Notes under the pieces: generated by a model | Database searches by the model: none | What the model saw: the letters and a program-made list of their open reading frames with translations, nothing else | What the model was told of the DNA's origin: nothing | Position numbers and translations under genes: made by a program | Shown here: piece after piece, positions 38,755 to 50,368 of the stretch | How positions within the stretch are numbered: the stretch's first letter is position 1 | How the letters are laid out: each line of letters starts with the position of its first letter | Source of the DNA: Mobula hypostoma | Lineage: Eukaryota | Length of the DNA stretch: 64,000 nt | Assembly: GCF_963921235.1 (NCBI RefSeq) | Contig: NC_086097.1 | Coordinates: forward strand, 5,084,001-5,148,000 | Reading direction: 5' to 3'

Positions 38755-39505
38755 GCAATACATTGGAGGAACTCAGCAGGTCCGTCAGCATCAGTTGAAA
38801 AGGTTAATCAATGTTTCGGGCTGAAACCCTTCGTCAGGACTGAAGGAAGAACTTTGGGGAGGGTTTGAAGAATGCTGGTAGTTGGAAAAAACAGTAATTT
38901 GAAAGACAAAGGGGTCAGGGAGGGGAAGCAGGGAGGTGATTGGCAGGAGAACAATAGTAGAAGGAGGTGGAACTATTTGGGACCGCTTCGTCGAGCACCT
39001 CCACTCCGTCCGCCACAACAGACAGGATCTCCCGGTAGCCACCCACTTCAACTCTGCTTCCCATTCCCATTCAGATACGTCCATACATGGCCTCCTCTAC
39101 TGCCATGATGAGGCTAAACTTAGGTTGGAGGAGCAACACCTCATATACCGTCTAGGTAGTCTCCAGCCCCTTGGTATGAATATAGAATTCTCTGACTTCC
39201 AGTAATTCCCTCCCCCTCCCTTCCTCTATCCCTATTTCACATCACCTCCTTCTACTACTGCGCATTGTTCTCCTGCCAATCACCTCCCTGCTTCCCCTCC
39301 CCCACCCCTTTGTCTTTAAAATTACTGTTTTTTTCAACTACCAGCATTCTTCAAACCCTCCCCAAAGTTCTTCCCTCAGTCCTGACGAAGGGTTTCGACC
39401 TGAAACATCGACTAATCTTTTCAACTGATGCTGACTGGCCTGCTGAGTTCCTCCAGCGCATTGTGAGTGTTCCTTTGACAACGGCATCTGCAGATTATTT
39501 TGTGT
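38755..39505 (+). mobile_element. Penelope-like element with inverted terminal-repeat copy (fold-back)
   Basis: GIY-YIG C-terminus RFVEHL...VATHFN...RLEEQHLIYRLGSLQPLGMNIEF between inverted arms at about 38757-38970 and 39243-39463. Confidence 0.85.
39378..39413 (+). ncRNA. Minimal type I hammerhead ribozyme motif, slightly decayed
   Basis: AGTC-CTGACGA-AGGGTTTCGACCT-GAAA-CATC-GACT, with stem I AGTC/GACT. Confidence 0.65.
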
Positions 39506-39861
39506 TAGAATACAATACATAACAATAGAGTAAAACATGAATTTCAGTAAATGCAGGTATTTATTGTAAATTGTTAAGTTAAATTAAATTAAATAAGAAA
39601 TGCAAAAATAGAAACAAAAATGTAGTGAGTTAGTGTTTCTGGGTTCATTGTCCATTCAGAAATCTGATAGCAGAGGGGAAGAAGTTGTTCCTGAATCATT
39701 GAGTGTGCCTCAGGCTCCTGCTCCTCCTTCCTGATGGCAGCAAAGACAACAAGGCATGTCCTGAGTGATGGGGTTTCTTAATGATGGACGTTACCTTCTT
39801 CAGACATCGCTCCTTGAAGATGTCCTGGATACTATGGAAGCTAGTGTCCATGATGGAATTA

Positions 39862-40631
39862 GAAAACCATACAAACCATAGAAAAACTACAGCACAGAAA
39901 CAAAACTTTTTGGCCCTTCTTGGCTGTGCCGAACTATTTTCTGCTTAGTCCCACTGACCTGCACACAGACCATATCCCTCCATACACCTCCCATCCATGT
40001 ATCTGTCCAATTTATTCTTAAATGTTAAAAAAGAACCTGCATTTACCACCTCATCTGGCAGCTCATTCCATACTCCCACCACTCTCTGTGTGAAGAAGCC
40101 CCCTCCCCAATGTTCCCTTTAAACTTTTCCCTCTCACCCTTAACCCATGTCCTCTGGTTTTTTTCTCCCCTTGCCTCAGTGGAAAAAGCCTGCTTGAATT
40201 CACTCTATCTATACCCATCATAATTTTATATACCTCTATCAAATCTCCCCTCATTCTTCTACGCTCCAGGGAATAAAGTCCTAACCTATTCAACATTTCT
40301 CTGTAATTGAGTTTCTCAAGTCCCGGCAACATCCTTGTAAACCTTCTCTGCACTCTTTCAACCTTATTTATATCCTTCCTGTAATTTGGTGACCAAAACT
40401 GAATACAATACTCCAGATTCGGCCTCACCAATGCCTTATACAACCTCATCATAACATTCCAGCTCTTATACTCAATACTTTGATTAGTTAAGGCCAAAGT
40501 ACCAAAAACTCTCTTTACGACCCTATCTACCTGTGACGCCACTTTTAGGGAATTTTGTATCTGTATTCCCAGATCCCTCTGTTCCACTGCACTCCTCAGT
40601 GCCTTACCATTAACCCTGTATGTTCTACCTT
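39862..40631 (-). mobile_element. CR1-like 3' fragment nested in a Rex1-like fragment
   Basis: ORF 40063-40587. The host element sequence before 39861 resumes after 40631. Confidence 0.85.
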
Positions 40632-40744
40632 GACTAAGCTTACAACTCTCTGAAGTTTATTTCGATCCTATGTGGTAACCCACCTTCCACCCAGAATATC
40701 AGGCAGTGATGCAGCCAGTTACAATGGATTGGATGCTATGCAAT

Positions 40745-41307
40745 GAACTGGAATTGATTAGAGAGCTTAAGGTAAAGGAATGCTTAGGATCAAAGTGACA
40801 CTGTAATTTGAGAAGGAGAAGCTAAAGTCAGATGTATCAGTATTACAGTGGAGTAAAAGGAATTACAGAGGCATGAGAGAGGAGTTGGTGAGAATTGATT
40901 GGAAAAGAACACTGGCAGGGATGACAGCAGAGCAGCGATAGCTGGAATTTCTGGAAGCAATTCAGAAGGCACTGGACATATACATCTGAAAGAGGAATAA
41001 GTATTCTAAGCCAAGGTAACACCACCATGGCTAACAAGAGAAGCCAACATAAAAGCCGAAGGGAGAGCATATAATAAAGAAAAAATTAGTGGGAAGCCAG
41101 AGGATTGGGAAGCTTTTAAAATCCAACAAAAGACAACTAAAAAAGTCGTTAATGTAATGGTGGAATATAAAAGGAGGCTGACCAATAATGGTCGTATGGT
41201 CAAATAATATTAAAGAGAATGCCAAAAGTTTCTTCAGGTACATAAAGTGTAAAGGAAAAGCAGGAGTGGATTTCGGACCGCTGGATAACAATGCTGGAGA
41301 TGCAGTA
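40745..41307 (+). mobile_element. CR1-like ORF2 fragment (end of endonuclease)
   Basis: Similar to 12575-13010 and to the reverse complement of 560-1060. Confidence 0.8.
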
Positions 41308-41844
41308 AGACCATAAAACATAGGAGCAGAATTAGGCCGTGACTGATCAGAAAACGATCAATTTCCGCCTTAAGTATATGGATGGACTTGGCCTCCACCA
41401 CAGTCTGTAGCAGAACGTTCCAGCAATTTAATACTCCCTGGCTAAAAAATCCTCCTTACATCTGTTCTAAAAGGTCGCCCTTCAGTTTTGAGGCTGTGCC
41501 CTCTAGTGCTGGCTACCCCCAGCATAGGAAACATCCTCGCCACATTCACCTTATCTAGTCTTTTCAACATTCGGTAGGTTTCAATGAGATCTCCCACATT
41601 CTTCTAAATGATTCACATCTTCCCGTCTAAAACAATATAATTCACACACTAACAAGCTACCGTCACCAAGCCTTCACAATCAGAATCAGAGTCAGGGTTA
41701 ATATCACTGGCATGTGTACAGTGCAGTACAGTACATAATAATAAAATATAAATATATAATCGAATAAGTAATCCAAAAAAGAGCAAAAAAGAAAAAAAAA
41801 GTGAGCTACTGTACATGGGTTCTTTATAGGTACTTATCATTACA

Positions 41845-42572
41845 AGTGGCCAATCACCCCCTTCCTCATCTCCATTCTGGGCCCCAAGCAATCCTTCCAG
41901 GCAAGGCAACACTTCACCTGCAAACCTGCTGGGGCCGCTTATTGTGTCTGGTGCTCCCAATGCAGCCTCCTCTGTAAATTTGACTATTGCTTTGTCGATC
42001 ACCTCTGCTCCAACTGCCGAAAGTGGAACTTCGCTAGTGACCATACATTTTAATTCTGATTCCCATTCCTATTCCGATATGCCAGTCCACGGCCTTGCTT
42101 GTGCCAAGATGAGGCCACCCTCACAGTGGAGGAGCAACACCCTATATTCTGCCTGGATAGCCTTCAACCTGATGGGATGCATATCAATTTCTCCTTCTGG
42201 TAAAAAAATTGCCCTCCTCCCCCCTCTTTCTTCTATTCCCCACTCTGGTGTCCCACCTCTTCTCACCTGCCTGTCAATTCCTCCTGGATTCCCACCTCCT
42301 TTTTCTTCTATGATCCACTTTCCTCTCCTATCAGATTCAGTCCTCTCCAGCCCTTTACCTTTGCCACCCACTTGATTTCACCTATCACATTCTAGCTATC
42401 ATCTTTCCCTCCAACCATCAGTTATTCTGGCATCTTCGCCCCATCCATTGCAGTCCTGAAGAAGTGTCTTAGCCTGAAACTTTGACTGTCCATAGATGCT
42501 GCCTGATCTGCTGAGTTTCTCCAGCATTTCATGCCTGTTGTTTTGGATTTCCATCATCTGCAGACTTTCTCG
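41845..42572 (+). mobile_element. Penelope-like GIY-YIG fragment plus terminal repeat
   Basis: QSFQARQHFTC...YCVWCSQC..L motif region; degenerate hammerhead at 42452-42488. Confidence 0.78.
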
Positions 42573-43015
42573 TGTATATAAGCTCGTTGTCCATTCAGAA
42601 TTCTGATGGATGAAAGGAAAAAACTGTTCCTAAGACTTGAGTGACTGTCTTCAGTCTCTTGTACCCACTCCTTTATAGTGGAAATAAAAAAGAGGCAGGT
42701 CCTGGGTGATGGGGGTCCTTAATAATGGATGCAGCCTTTGTGAGGCATTGCCTTTTGAAGGTGTTTTAAAGGGGTTTTGATGCTGGAGAAGCTAGTGTCC
42801 ATGATGGAGATGGCTGGGTTTTCAACTTTCTGGAACTTTTTCCGATCCTATCCAGTGGCCCAGCATTCTTGGCGGTGATGAGGCCAGTTTGAATGTTTTC
42901 CACAGTACACCTGCAGAAATTTGCAGAAGTCTTTGGTGACATACCAAATTTCCTCAAACTCCTAATGAAAGTTAACCTTCCCCTATGCAGTTAATGTTAT
43001 CATCAGTGCTACAGA

Positions 43016-43705
43016 ATTAGATTAGATTAGATTAGATTATGAGGACACGCAGTCCTCTTTTATTGTCGTTTAGTAATGCATGCATTAAGAAATGATACAA
43101 TGTTCCTCCAGAATGTTATCACGGAAACACAAGACAAACCAAGACTGAAAAACTGACTAAAACCATATAATTATAACATATAGTTACAACAGTGCAAAGC
43201 AATATTGTAATTTGATAAAGAACAGACCATGGGCATGGTAAAAAAAATCTGAAAGTCTCTCAAAAGTCCCATCATCTCACGCAGATGGTAGAAGGAAGAA
43301 AAACTCTCCCTGCCATGAGCTTCTAGCACCGCAAACTTGCCGATGCAACACCCTGGAAGCACCCGACCACAGCCTACTCTTGAGTCCATCCAAAAACTTC
43401 CAGCCTTCGACTAGCCCTCCGACACCGAGCACCGAGCACCATCTCTGCCGAGCGCTTCGACCCCGGCCCCAGCCCCGGCAATAGGCAAAGCCGAGGATCT
43501 GTGGCCTTCCCTCCGGAGATTCTCAATCGCACAGTAGCAGCGGCAGCGAAGCAGGCATTCCAGAAATTTCTCCAGATGTTCCTCCATGCTTCTCACATCT
43601 GTCTCCATCAAATCAAGATTGTGCACAGCCCCTACTTACAAATACAATATCATTTCGGAGCGGCCGCACGTGTTGCGTCGTGCCACCATCTTCTCCTCTT
43701 CTCCC
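43016..43705 (-). mobile_element. Non-autonomous retroelement with (CTAAT)n tail and GC-rich 5' end
   Basis: The plus strand shows (ATTAG)n then TTTTATT. The minus-strand 5' end begins AAGATGGTGG (YY1-like) and is CpG-rich. No ORF. Confidence 0.55.
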
Positions 43706-43836
43706 CAACAGACATATTGGTAAAATCATCCATCTGACAGTCTATTGTTCAATATTCAGACAGTATTTAAAACCTGGTTGTTCACGTTCTGTTTCTGAGT
43801 TACACTGGTAAAGTAAAAGCTATAAGTATTTTTCTC

Positions 43837-44015
43837 TAGGAAGAGGTACAGTCGACGTTTCAGGCCAAGACCCTTCGTCAGGACTCCTGACGAAGGGTCT
43901 CGGCCTGAAACGTCGACTGTACCTCTTCCTAGAGATGCTGTCTGGCCTGCTGCGTTTACCAGCAACTTTGATGTGTGTTGCTTGAATTTCCAGCATCTGC
44001 AGAATTCCTGTTGTT
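43837..44015 (+). mobile_element. Young 179-bp Penelope-derived insertion with fold-back 5' end
   Basis: 14-bp TSD TAAGTATTTTTCTC at 43823-43836 and 44016-44029. Confidence 0.88.
43850..43885 (-). ncRNA. Minimal type I hammerhead ribozyme motif, intact core
   Basis: The minus strand reads AGTC-CTGACGA-AGGGTCTTGGCCT-GAAA-C-GTC^GACT. A mirror copy lies on the plus strand at 43883-43918. Confidence 0.8.
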
Positions 44016-44284
44016 TAAGTATTTTTCTCCTTGTGTGGAAATCTGTAAGTAAAAGATAGTGTTTCAGAATAAAGATCCATGAGGTGAAAAGGAATTTCTT
44101 CCTTAAGAGGGTTGTATGTCTTGGGAATTCTCTACCTTGGAGAGATGTGGAGGCTGATTCATTGAATACATTTAAGAATGATCTTGATCTAAAAGGATTT
44201 TTAACCTAAAAAGAATCAGATTGTAGGAAGAGTCGGGGAAGTGGAAGTGGGGGCTGGCTCTCCTGCCCCCAGATCCACTGGGTT

Positions 44285-44910
44285 GTCAATATCTCTGAGG
44301 ACCTATCCCAGGCCGAACATATTGATGTAGCTACAATAAAGGCACAAAGGCAGCTATATTTTGTTAGGAGTTTGAGGAGACGGTATGTCACCAAAGTCAT
44401 ACTCGCAAATTTTTACAGTTGTACCATGGAGAGCATTCTAACTGGCTGCATCTCCATGTTTTATGGGGGGTGGTGGGGAATGGGTGCACAGCACACGATC
44501 AAAATAAGCTGCAGAAATTTGTGAACTCAGTCAGCTCCATCATGGCCACTAGATTCGCCACATCCAGGACATCTTCAAGGAGCAATGCCTCAAAAAGGCA
44601 GCATCCATCATTAAGAACCCGATCACCCAGGACACGTCCTCTTCTCATTACTACCATCAGGGACCTAAAGGAGCCAGAAGGCACAAACTCAATGATTCAG
44701 GAACTGCTTCTTCCCCTCTGCCATACAATTTCTAAATGGACATTGAACCCATAAACACTACCTCACTTTTTTTTTCTCTTTTTGCACTACTTATTTCACT
44801 TTTTAAAGACAAATATACCTACTGCATTTTGCAGTTTCTGTTATTATATACTGCAAGATGACAAATTTCACGACATATGTCAGTGATATTAAATCTGATT
44901 CTGATTTTTG
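44285..44910 (+). mobile_element. Rex1/Babar-like LINE 3' fragment
   Basis: KAQRQLYFVRSLRR and ESILTGCI motifs, with a CTGATT-type tail. Confidence 0.75.
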
Positions 44911-45344
44911 ATGTGAGATTACTGAACGGTAAACCAGGACTTTCTCCTGATTCTACTGCTTATCTTCTGTTACTCAGCAAAACTACTTTGCAATTCAGCA
45001 GCTCATATGTGGAGGTTATTGAGGTGGCCATCAGAAACCATAGCATCCTGATCCAGCCTGACCCTAATGATGTCTGGGTTATTTTATGTTTAAACAGAGA
45101 ACTGCACAGCACAGTACAGGCCCTTTGGCCAAATCTTTAACCTACTCCAAGATCAATCAATCCCTTCCCTTCTTTCTAACCCTCTATTTGTCTTTCATTC
45201 ATGCGCCTGTCTAAGAGTCTCTTACAAGGCATAATGTATCTGCCTCTACCACCTCCCCTGGCAGTACGTTTCATGTACCTACCGATCTGTAAACATAGGC
45301 TGGCCTCCCTTAGTCAGGGCCAACCATGGATGTTGTTATCTTCG

Positions 45345-45760
45345 CTTGGTTGAGTGAACTCGGCCTTTTCTCCTTGGAGCAACGGAGGATGAGAGGTGAC
45401 CTGATAGAAGTGTATAAGATGATGAGAGGCGTTGATCATGTGGATAGTCAGAGGCTTTTCCCCAGGGCTGAAATAGCTAACATGAGAGGGCACAGTTTTA
45501 AGGTGCTTGGAAGTAGGTACAGAGGAGATGTCAGGGATAAGTTTTTTACGCAGAGTGGTGAGTGCATGGAATGGGCTGCCGGTGACGGTGGTGGAGGTGG
45601 AAATGATAGGGTCTTTTAAGAGACTCCTGGATAGGTACATGGAGCTTAGAAAAATAGAGGGCTATGGGTAACCCTAAGTAATTTCTAAGTAAGTACATGT
45701 TCAGCACAGCATTGTGGGCCAAAAGGCCTGTATTATGCTGCAGGTTTTCTACATTTTCTA
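45345..45760 (+). mobile_element. CR1-like 3' fragment
   Basis: Same subfamily as 6675-7097 and 53976-54415. Confidence 0.88.
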
Positions 45761-46287
45761 TGGCAAGATCAATCCACAAGCCAGTATGCAAGCCAGGGCG
45801 TTACGATATGGACAGCAAGCTGTTGCCCCTGTTGCAGGCTCCCCCACTCCATGTAACTGATGAATCCAAAGGAACAGCAAAGACCAATATAGTCTGGCAC
45901 CAGCAGCATCACAGGAGTTGGCAGTCAATATTGAACTCAATGTAGGACTGCCTTAGGGACTGCAACTCCAGATTTTTCCACAGGATTTATTCATGAAGCC
46001 TTCCCAATGAGCAGGTATACCCACAAGGCAGTGAAGGTTTGAGATCAGAGTTTTCCTTCTCCTAGATGAAGAGCCTCAACTATCCTAAGTGACGAGTTTG
46101 AAGGTGCCAATAACCCGCCTTTGCCACTTCTCCTGCACATGAAGGCTGGGAGCTGGACTTGGTTGTCAGAGGCTATTTGAGACGTATGCCATTAGCAGCA
46201 TTTATTAAGTAGTGGGAGCTTATCCCCACCCCCAATCTCCGATGATGACAACCTTAAGAAACCCCTGCAAAAATACTACTTCTGATA

Positions 46288-47232
46288 TCATAGAAACATA
46301 GAAACATAGAAAATAGGTGCAGGAGTAGGCCATTCGGCCCTTCGAGCCTGCACCGCCATTTATTATGATCATGGCTGATCATCCAACTCAGAACCCTGCA
46401 CCAGCCTTCCCTCCATACCCCCTGACCCCTGTAGCCACAAGGGCCATATCTAACTCCCTCTTAAACATAGCCAATGAACTGGCCTCAACAGTTTCCTGTG
46501 GCAGAGAATTCCACAGATTCACCACTCTCTGTGTGAAGAAGTTTTTCCTAATCTTGGTCCTAAAAGGCTTCCCCTCTATCCTCAAACTGTGACCCCTCGT
46601 TCTGGACTTCCCCAACATCGGGAACAATCTTCCTGCATCTAGCCTGTCCAATCCCTTTAGGATCTTATACGTTTCAATCAGATCCCCCTCAATCTTCTAA
46701 ATTCCAACGAGTACAAGCCCAGTTCATCCAGTCTTTCTTCATATGAAAGTCCTGCCATCCCAGGAATCAATCTGGTGAACCTTCTTTGTACTCCCTCTAT
46801 GGCAAAGATGTCTTTCCTCAGATTAGGGGACCAAAACTGCACACAATACTCCAGGTGTGGTCTCACCAAGGCCTTGTACAACTGCAGTAGTACCTCCCTG
46901 CTCCTGTACTCGAATCGCCTTTTTCACCGCCTGCTGTACCTGCATGCCCACTCTTCAAACACATTAAAGTTATGCCTCTCCTCATAATAGCTATTTCCAC
47001 CCTGGGAAAAAAAATCTCTGTCTGCCCATTTGATTTACTGTATGTCTCATCACCTTTGTACACTTCCATCAAGTCAACTCCCATCCTCCTCCACTTCACA
47101 GAGAAAGGCCTTCTTTCACTCAGCTTATCCGCATAAGACATGCTCTCTAATTCAGACAGCATCTCAATAAATCTCCTCTGTACCCTTTCTAAATCTTCCA
47201 CATTTTTCCTATAATGAAGCAACCAGAACTTA
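46288..47232 (-). mobile_element. Two adjacent or nested CR1-like 3' fragments
   Basis: ORFs 46388-46881 (young, TTTCTATG-type tail) and 46863-47222. Confidence 0.85.
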
Positions 47233-47809
47233 ACGCTCTGTCTTTATCCTAGGATTAAATTCTCTGCACTTGCTATCCCATTGGAGATTCGCAGTTGCAA
47301 AATCCTGTGGATGCAGTGTCCATTTTCTTGAAGGTAATACATGGTTATCAGTAAACTCCCCCTAACTTCCTTTAAGTCCGGATGAAGGGTCTTGACCTGA
47401 AATGGTGGCTGCTTATTCACTTCCTTAGATGTTGCCTGACCTGCTGAGTTCCTCCTGTATTTTCTACATGCTGCTCTGCATTTCCAGCATCTGCAGAATG
47501 TCATGTTTATTCATGGGCCTGTTAGTATAAAAAAATGCCATTTCTTTTAGAAACTAGCTAATAGGCATCATTGGTCAGATAGCTCATAAATATAAAATGT
47601 TTTTTTGTACAATATTGATTATTCACATATTGATCTTGGCTTGAGAGTGGAGAAATCAAAAGCACTATGAGTTTAAATCTCATTTAATCTTACAAACTGC
47701 TATAGATATCTTGGTCTTTGTTAGCTTATTGGGGTAGGCATCAACACTATTAAAGCCAGCATTATATCCTTGTGAAACAATTTACAAAGGTGTTATTGTT
47801 TCTAGATTG

Positions 47810-48250
47810 TTTCAAGATTGTTTAATGTTTAATGTCATGTCCAGTACACAAGTGTAAAGGAGAATGAAATAATTGTTACTCAGGATCAGATGCAGCACAA
47901 AAATACACAATAAGATAAAGAGCACATTGATAAAGAAACAAAATCATTATAAATACATTAGGCAGCTTATATACATAGATTGATTTTATGTCTGTAAAGT
48001 GACATTAGGCACAGGAGTGTCTGTACATGAGGTGACTGACTGGAAATTATAACATTGTGGAAGGGTGGGTTAGAGGGAAGTGCTGGGGAAAGGAACTGTT
48101 TTTGAGTCTGGTAGTCTTGCCATGGATGCTACACAGCCTCCTCCCTGATGGGAGTGGGACAAACAGTCCATGAATGGGATAGGTGGGATCCCCCATGATG
48201 TTACTGGCCCTTTTCCAGCACCTTTCTGTATATATGTCCTCAATGGCGGG
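47810..48250 (-). mobile_element. Rex1/Babar-like LINE 3' fragment
   Basis: Encodes ASNIMGDPTYPIHGLFVPLPSGRRL. Confidence 0.75.
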
Positions 48251-48462
48251 TCTACATTGAAAATTAGGAACGTAAATCTTCTGCTTGTACATATTCACCT
48301 CATTCTAATACTGGATGCATCCATTTGATGATGTTACTGGCCTTTTCCAGCATCTTTCTGTATATATGTCCTCAATGGCGGGTCTACATTGAAAATTAGG
48401 AACGTAAATCTTCTGCTTGTACATATTCACCTCATTCTAATACTGGATGCATCCATTTGATG
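48195..48462. repeat. Tandem duplication of a ~133-bp unit
   Basis: 48195-48327 is repeated from 48328 with very few differences. Confidence 0.95.
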
Positions 48463-49000
48463 GAATATGTTGTTTCCACTGAGCTTCTGCTCACAATCAT
48501 TTGCATAATATAATTGGAAACAAAATCTGCCATCAGCAAGTACTACTGTACATAATTTTAAGCAATGTTTTTATCCATTGTATTGAAAATATTCTACAGT
48601 ATTTATTTACTATTAGTAATATTTATTTATTATTATTATATGTGATATTTCTGTATTTGCACAGCTTGTCTTTTGCACAGTTTGTCAGTTTTTGCAGTTT
48701 TTCTGTTGTATTTCTTTGTTCTACTGTAAATGTCTGCAAGAAAATGAACCTCAGGGTAGTATAACGTTCAACGTAAATTTAATAGTACATTTACTTTAAA
48801 CTGAAAACATTTTTTGATACTTTTAAGAATGACAAATTGTTAAATGTGGATTTTTACACAGAAAATTTATTTTCTCACAAAATACAAAGGACTACAAGTG
48901 CGAGCAACACCACTTTTTTCTAGTGCTTTGCAGATGGAAACCACATTAATGTGACTTTGTGTTGTGTTAAATTTGACCTTGATGGAATTAATGCTAATTA

Positions 49001-49705
49001 CACTGGACAATAAAGATTTTGTTTCCTGAATACTTTTGGGTGTACTATATGGATTTTGAGCTGTTGATCATGAAAATCACTATGAAATTTCCCTATCACA
49101 CAATATTTTTGAATCTCCAATATTTGTTATTTCAATTCATAATTCAAGTCAGAATAATTAACGCCAAGATTAAGGAAGTCATTTTAGTTGGTCTACAAAT
49201 TAAACAGGTCATCAATGACAGGCACATCAAGAGCTTTTAGTGGGACTGGAGAAAATTGCATGGAGGCATTTAGGGTGTTGTTGAAAATCTTGGCAAGTAC
49301 AGCTGGTTGACAATATGCTTCAAACATACAAAACCATGAAGAGCAATATGTCACTAAAGGTTTATTTTCTGCATTCCCATTTAGACTTCTTCCCTGCAAA
49401 TCTTGGAGTTGTCAGTGGAAGGTTTCCCCAGGACGTTGCAGTCATGGAGAAACAGTATCTGGGAAACTGGAATCAATCGATGCTGGCAAATGATTGGTTG
49501 ACACTGAAACGAGAAGTGTCAGATGCTGAGGATGAACAAAAATCATCAGCTAAACGTTTTTAGCTTAGTTGAACTTTTGCAAAGCATCAGCACCATTATG
49601 CAATTAAATGCATTATATCAAGTAACGTTAATTTTTTTGTTTCACCAAATTCCTACATAATACAAGTAGTCTGAAATTATAATTATGTTCAGCTTCAAGC
49701 AGTCT
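49001..49705 (+). mobile_element. Internally deleted Chapaev-like (CMC) DNA transposon
   Basis: Begins TTA|CACTGGACAA. Encodes the transposase C-terminus AKIKEVILVG.QI...MSLKVYFLHSHLDFFPANLG...MEKQYLGNWNQSMLA. Confidence 0.65.
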
Positions 49706-49711
49706 ACCATG

Positions 49712-49998
49712 GTCTTCCCTCTACTAGCCTGCAGGTCACCCTTGGGCTTTGTCTAGCACCTACTTAGCGCCCCCCCCCCCCCGATCACATGAAGTTATGG
49801 GAGCAGGTGGTGGATCATTTGGCAGCTGGTTCACATCATAAGTCCTGGTTATGTGACCACTGACACCAGGCAGATAATCTCTGAAGAGTATGATAATGGC
49901 TGGGGTTACCAATTTTGTAAAGACACTGATCAGAAGAATAATCCGCCAAGAACAGTCACGGTCATGGAAAGACCACAATCACCCATGTCATACGACAT
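49712..49998 (+). mobile_element. RTE-related SINE-like element (second copy)
   Basis: Aligns by eye with 3570-3895. Confidence 0.65.
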
Positions 49999-50368
49999 AG
50001 TATGTAACAGAGGAATCTATGCACATGCACTTGTTCAGTGCGTCCCTAGTAGTTACAATTCTTTGTATTATTCTGGAAGCTTCTTTGATATTACATTATT
50101 TGAATAGTGGCTATCTGATAGGTTAATTCTTATCTACAAATTTGAATAGATTATCTCTTATCTATGGTATAAGAAGAGCTGAGGGCATTTGCGCATCATC
50201 TTTTTTTTTGTTTCTAGACTTCTGCCACTCTCCATTTTCAATCCTCTTTGTTTCATTAGCACTTAATAAAGTGACCATGATGCAACAGCTGTTACGCCTC
50301 TTTCTTGACTTCCGAACGAACCTTGAATCCAAAGCATCAGAGCCCAGCAATGTGTAACATCTTGGTAA

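Noticed and set aside
50030..50040. TTGTTCAGTG as the right TIR of the Chapaev-like element
   Set aside because: Only a 9/10 match and no TTA duplication follows.
50162..50350. Minus-strand RKSRKRRNSCCIM resembling a polybasic CaaX terminus
   Set aside because: There is no stop after CCIM and no GTPase sequence upstream.
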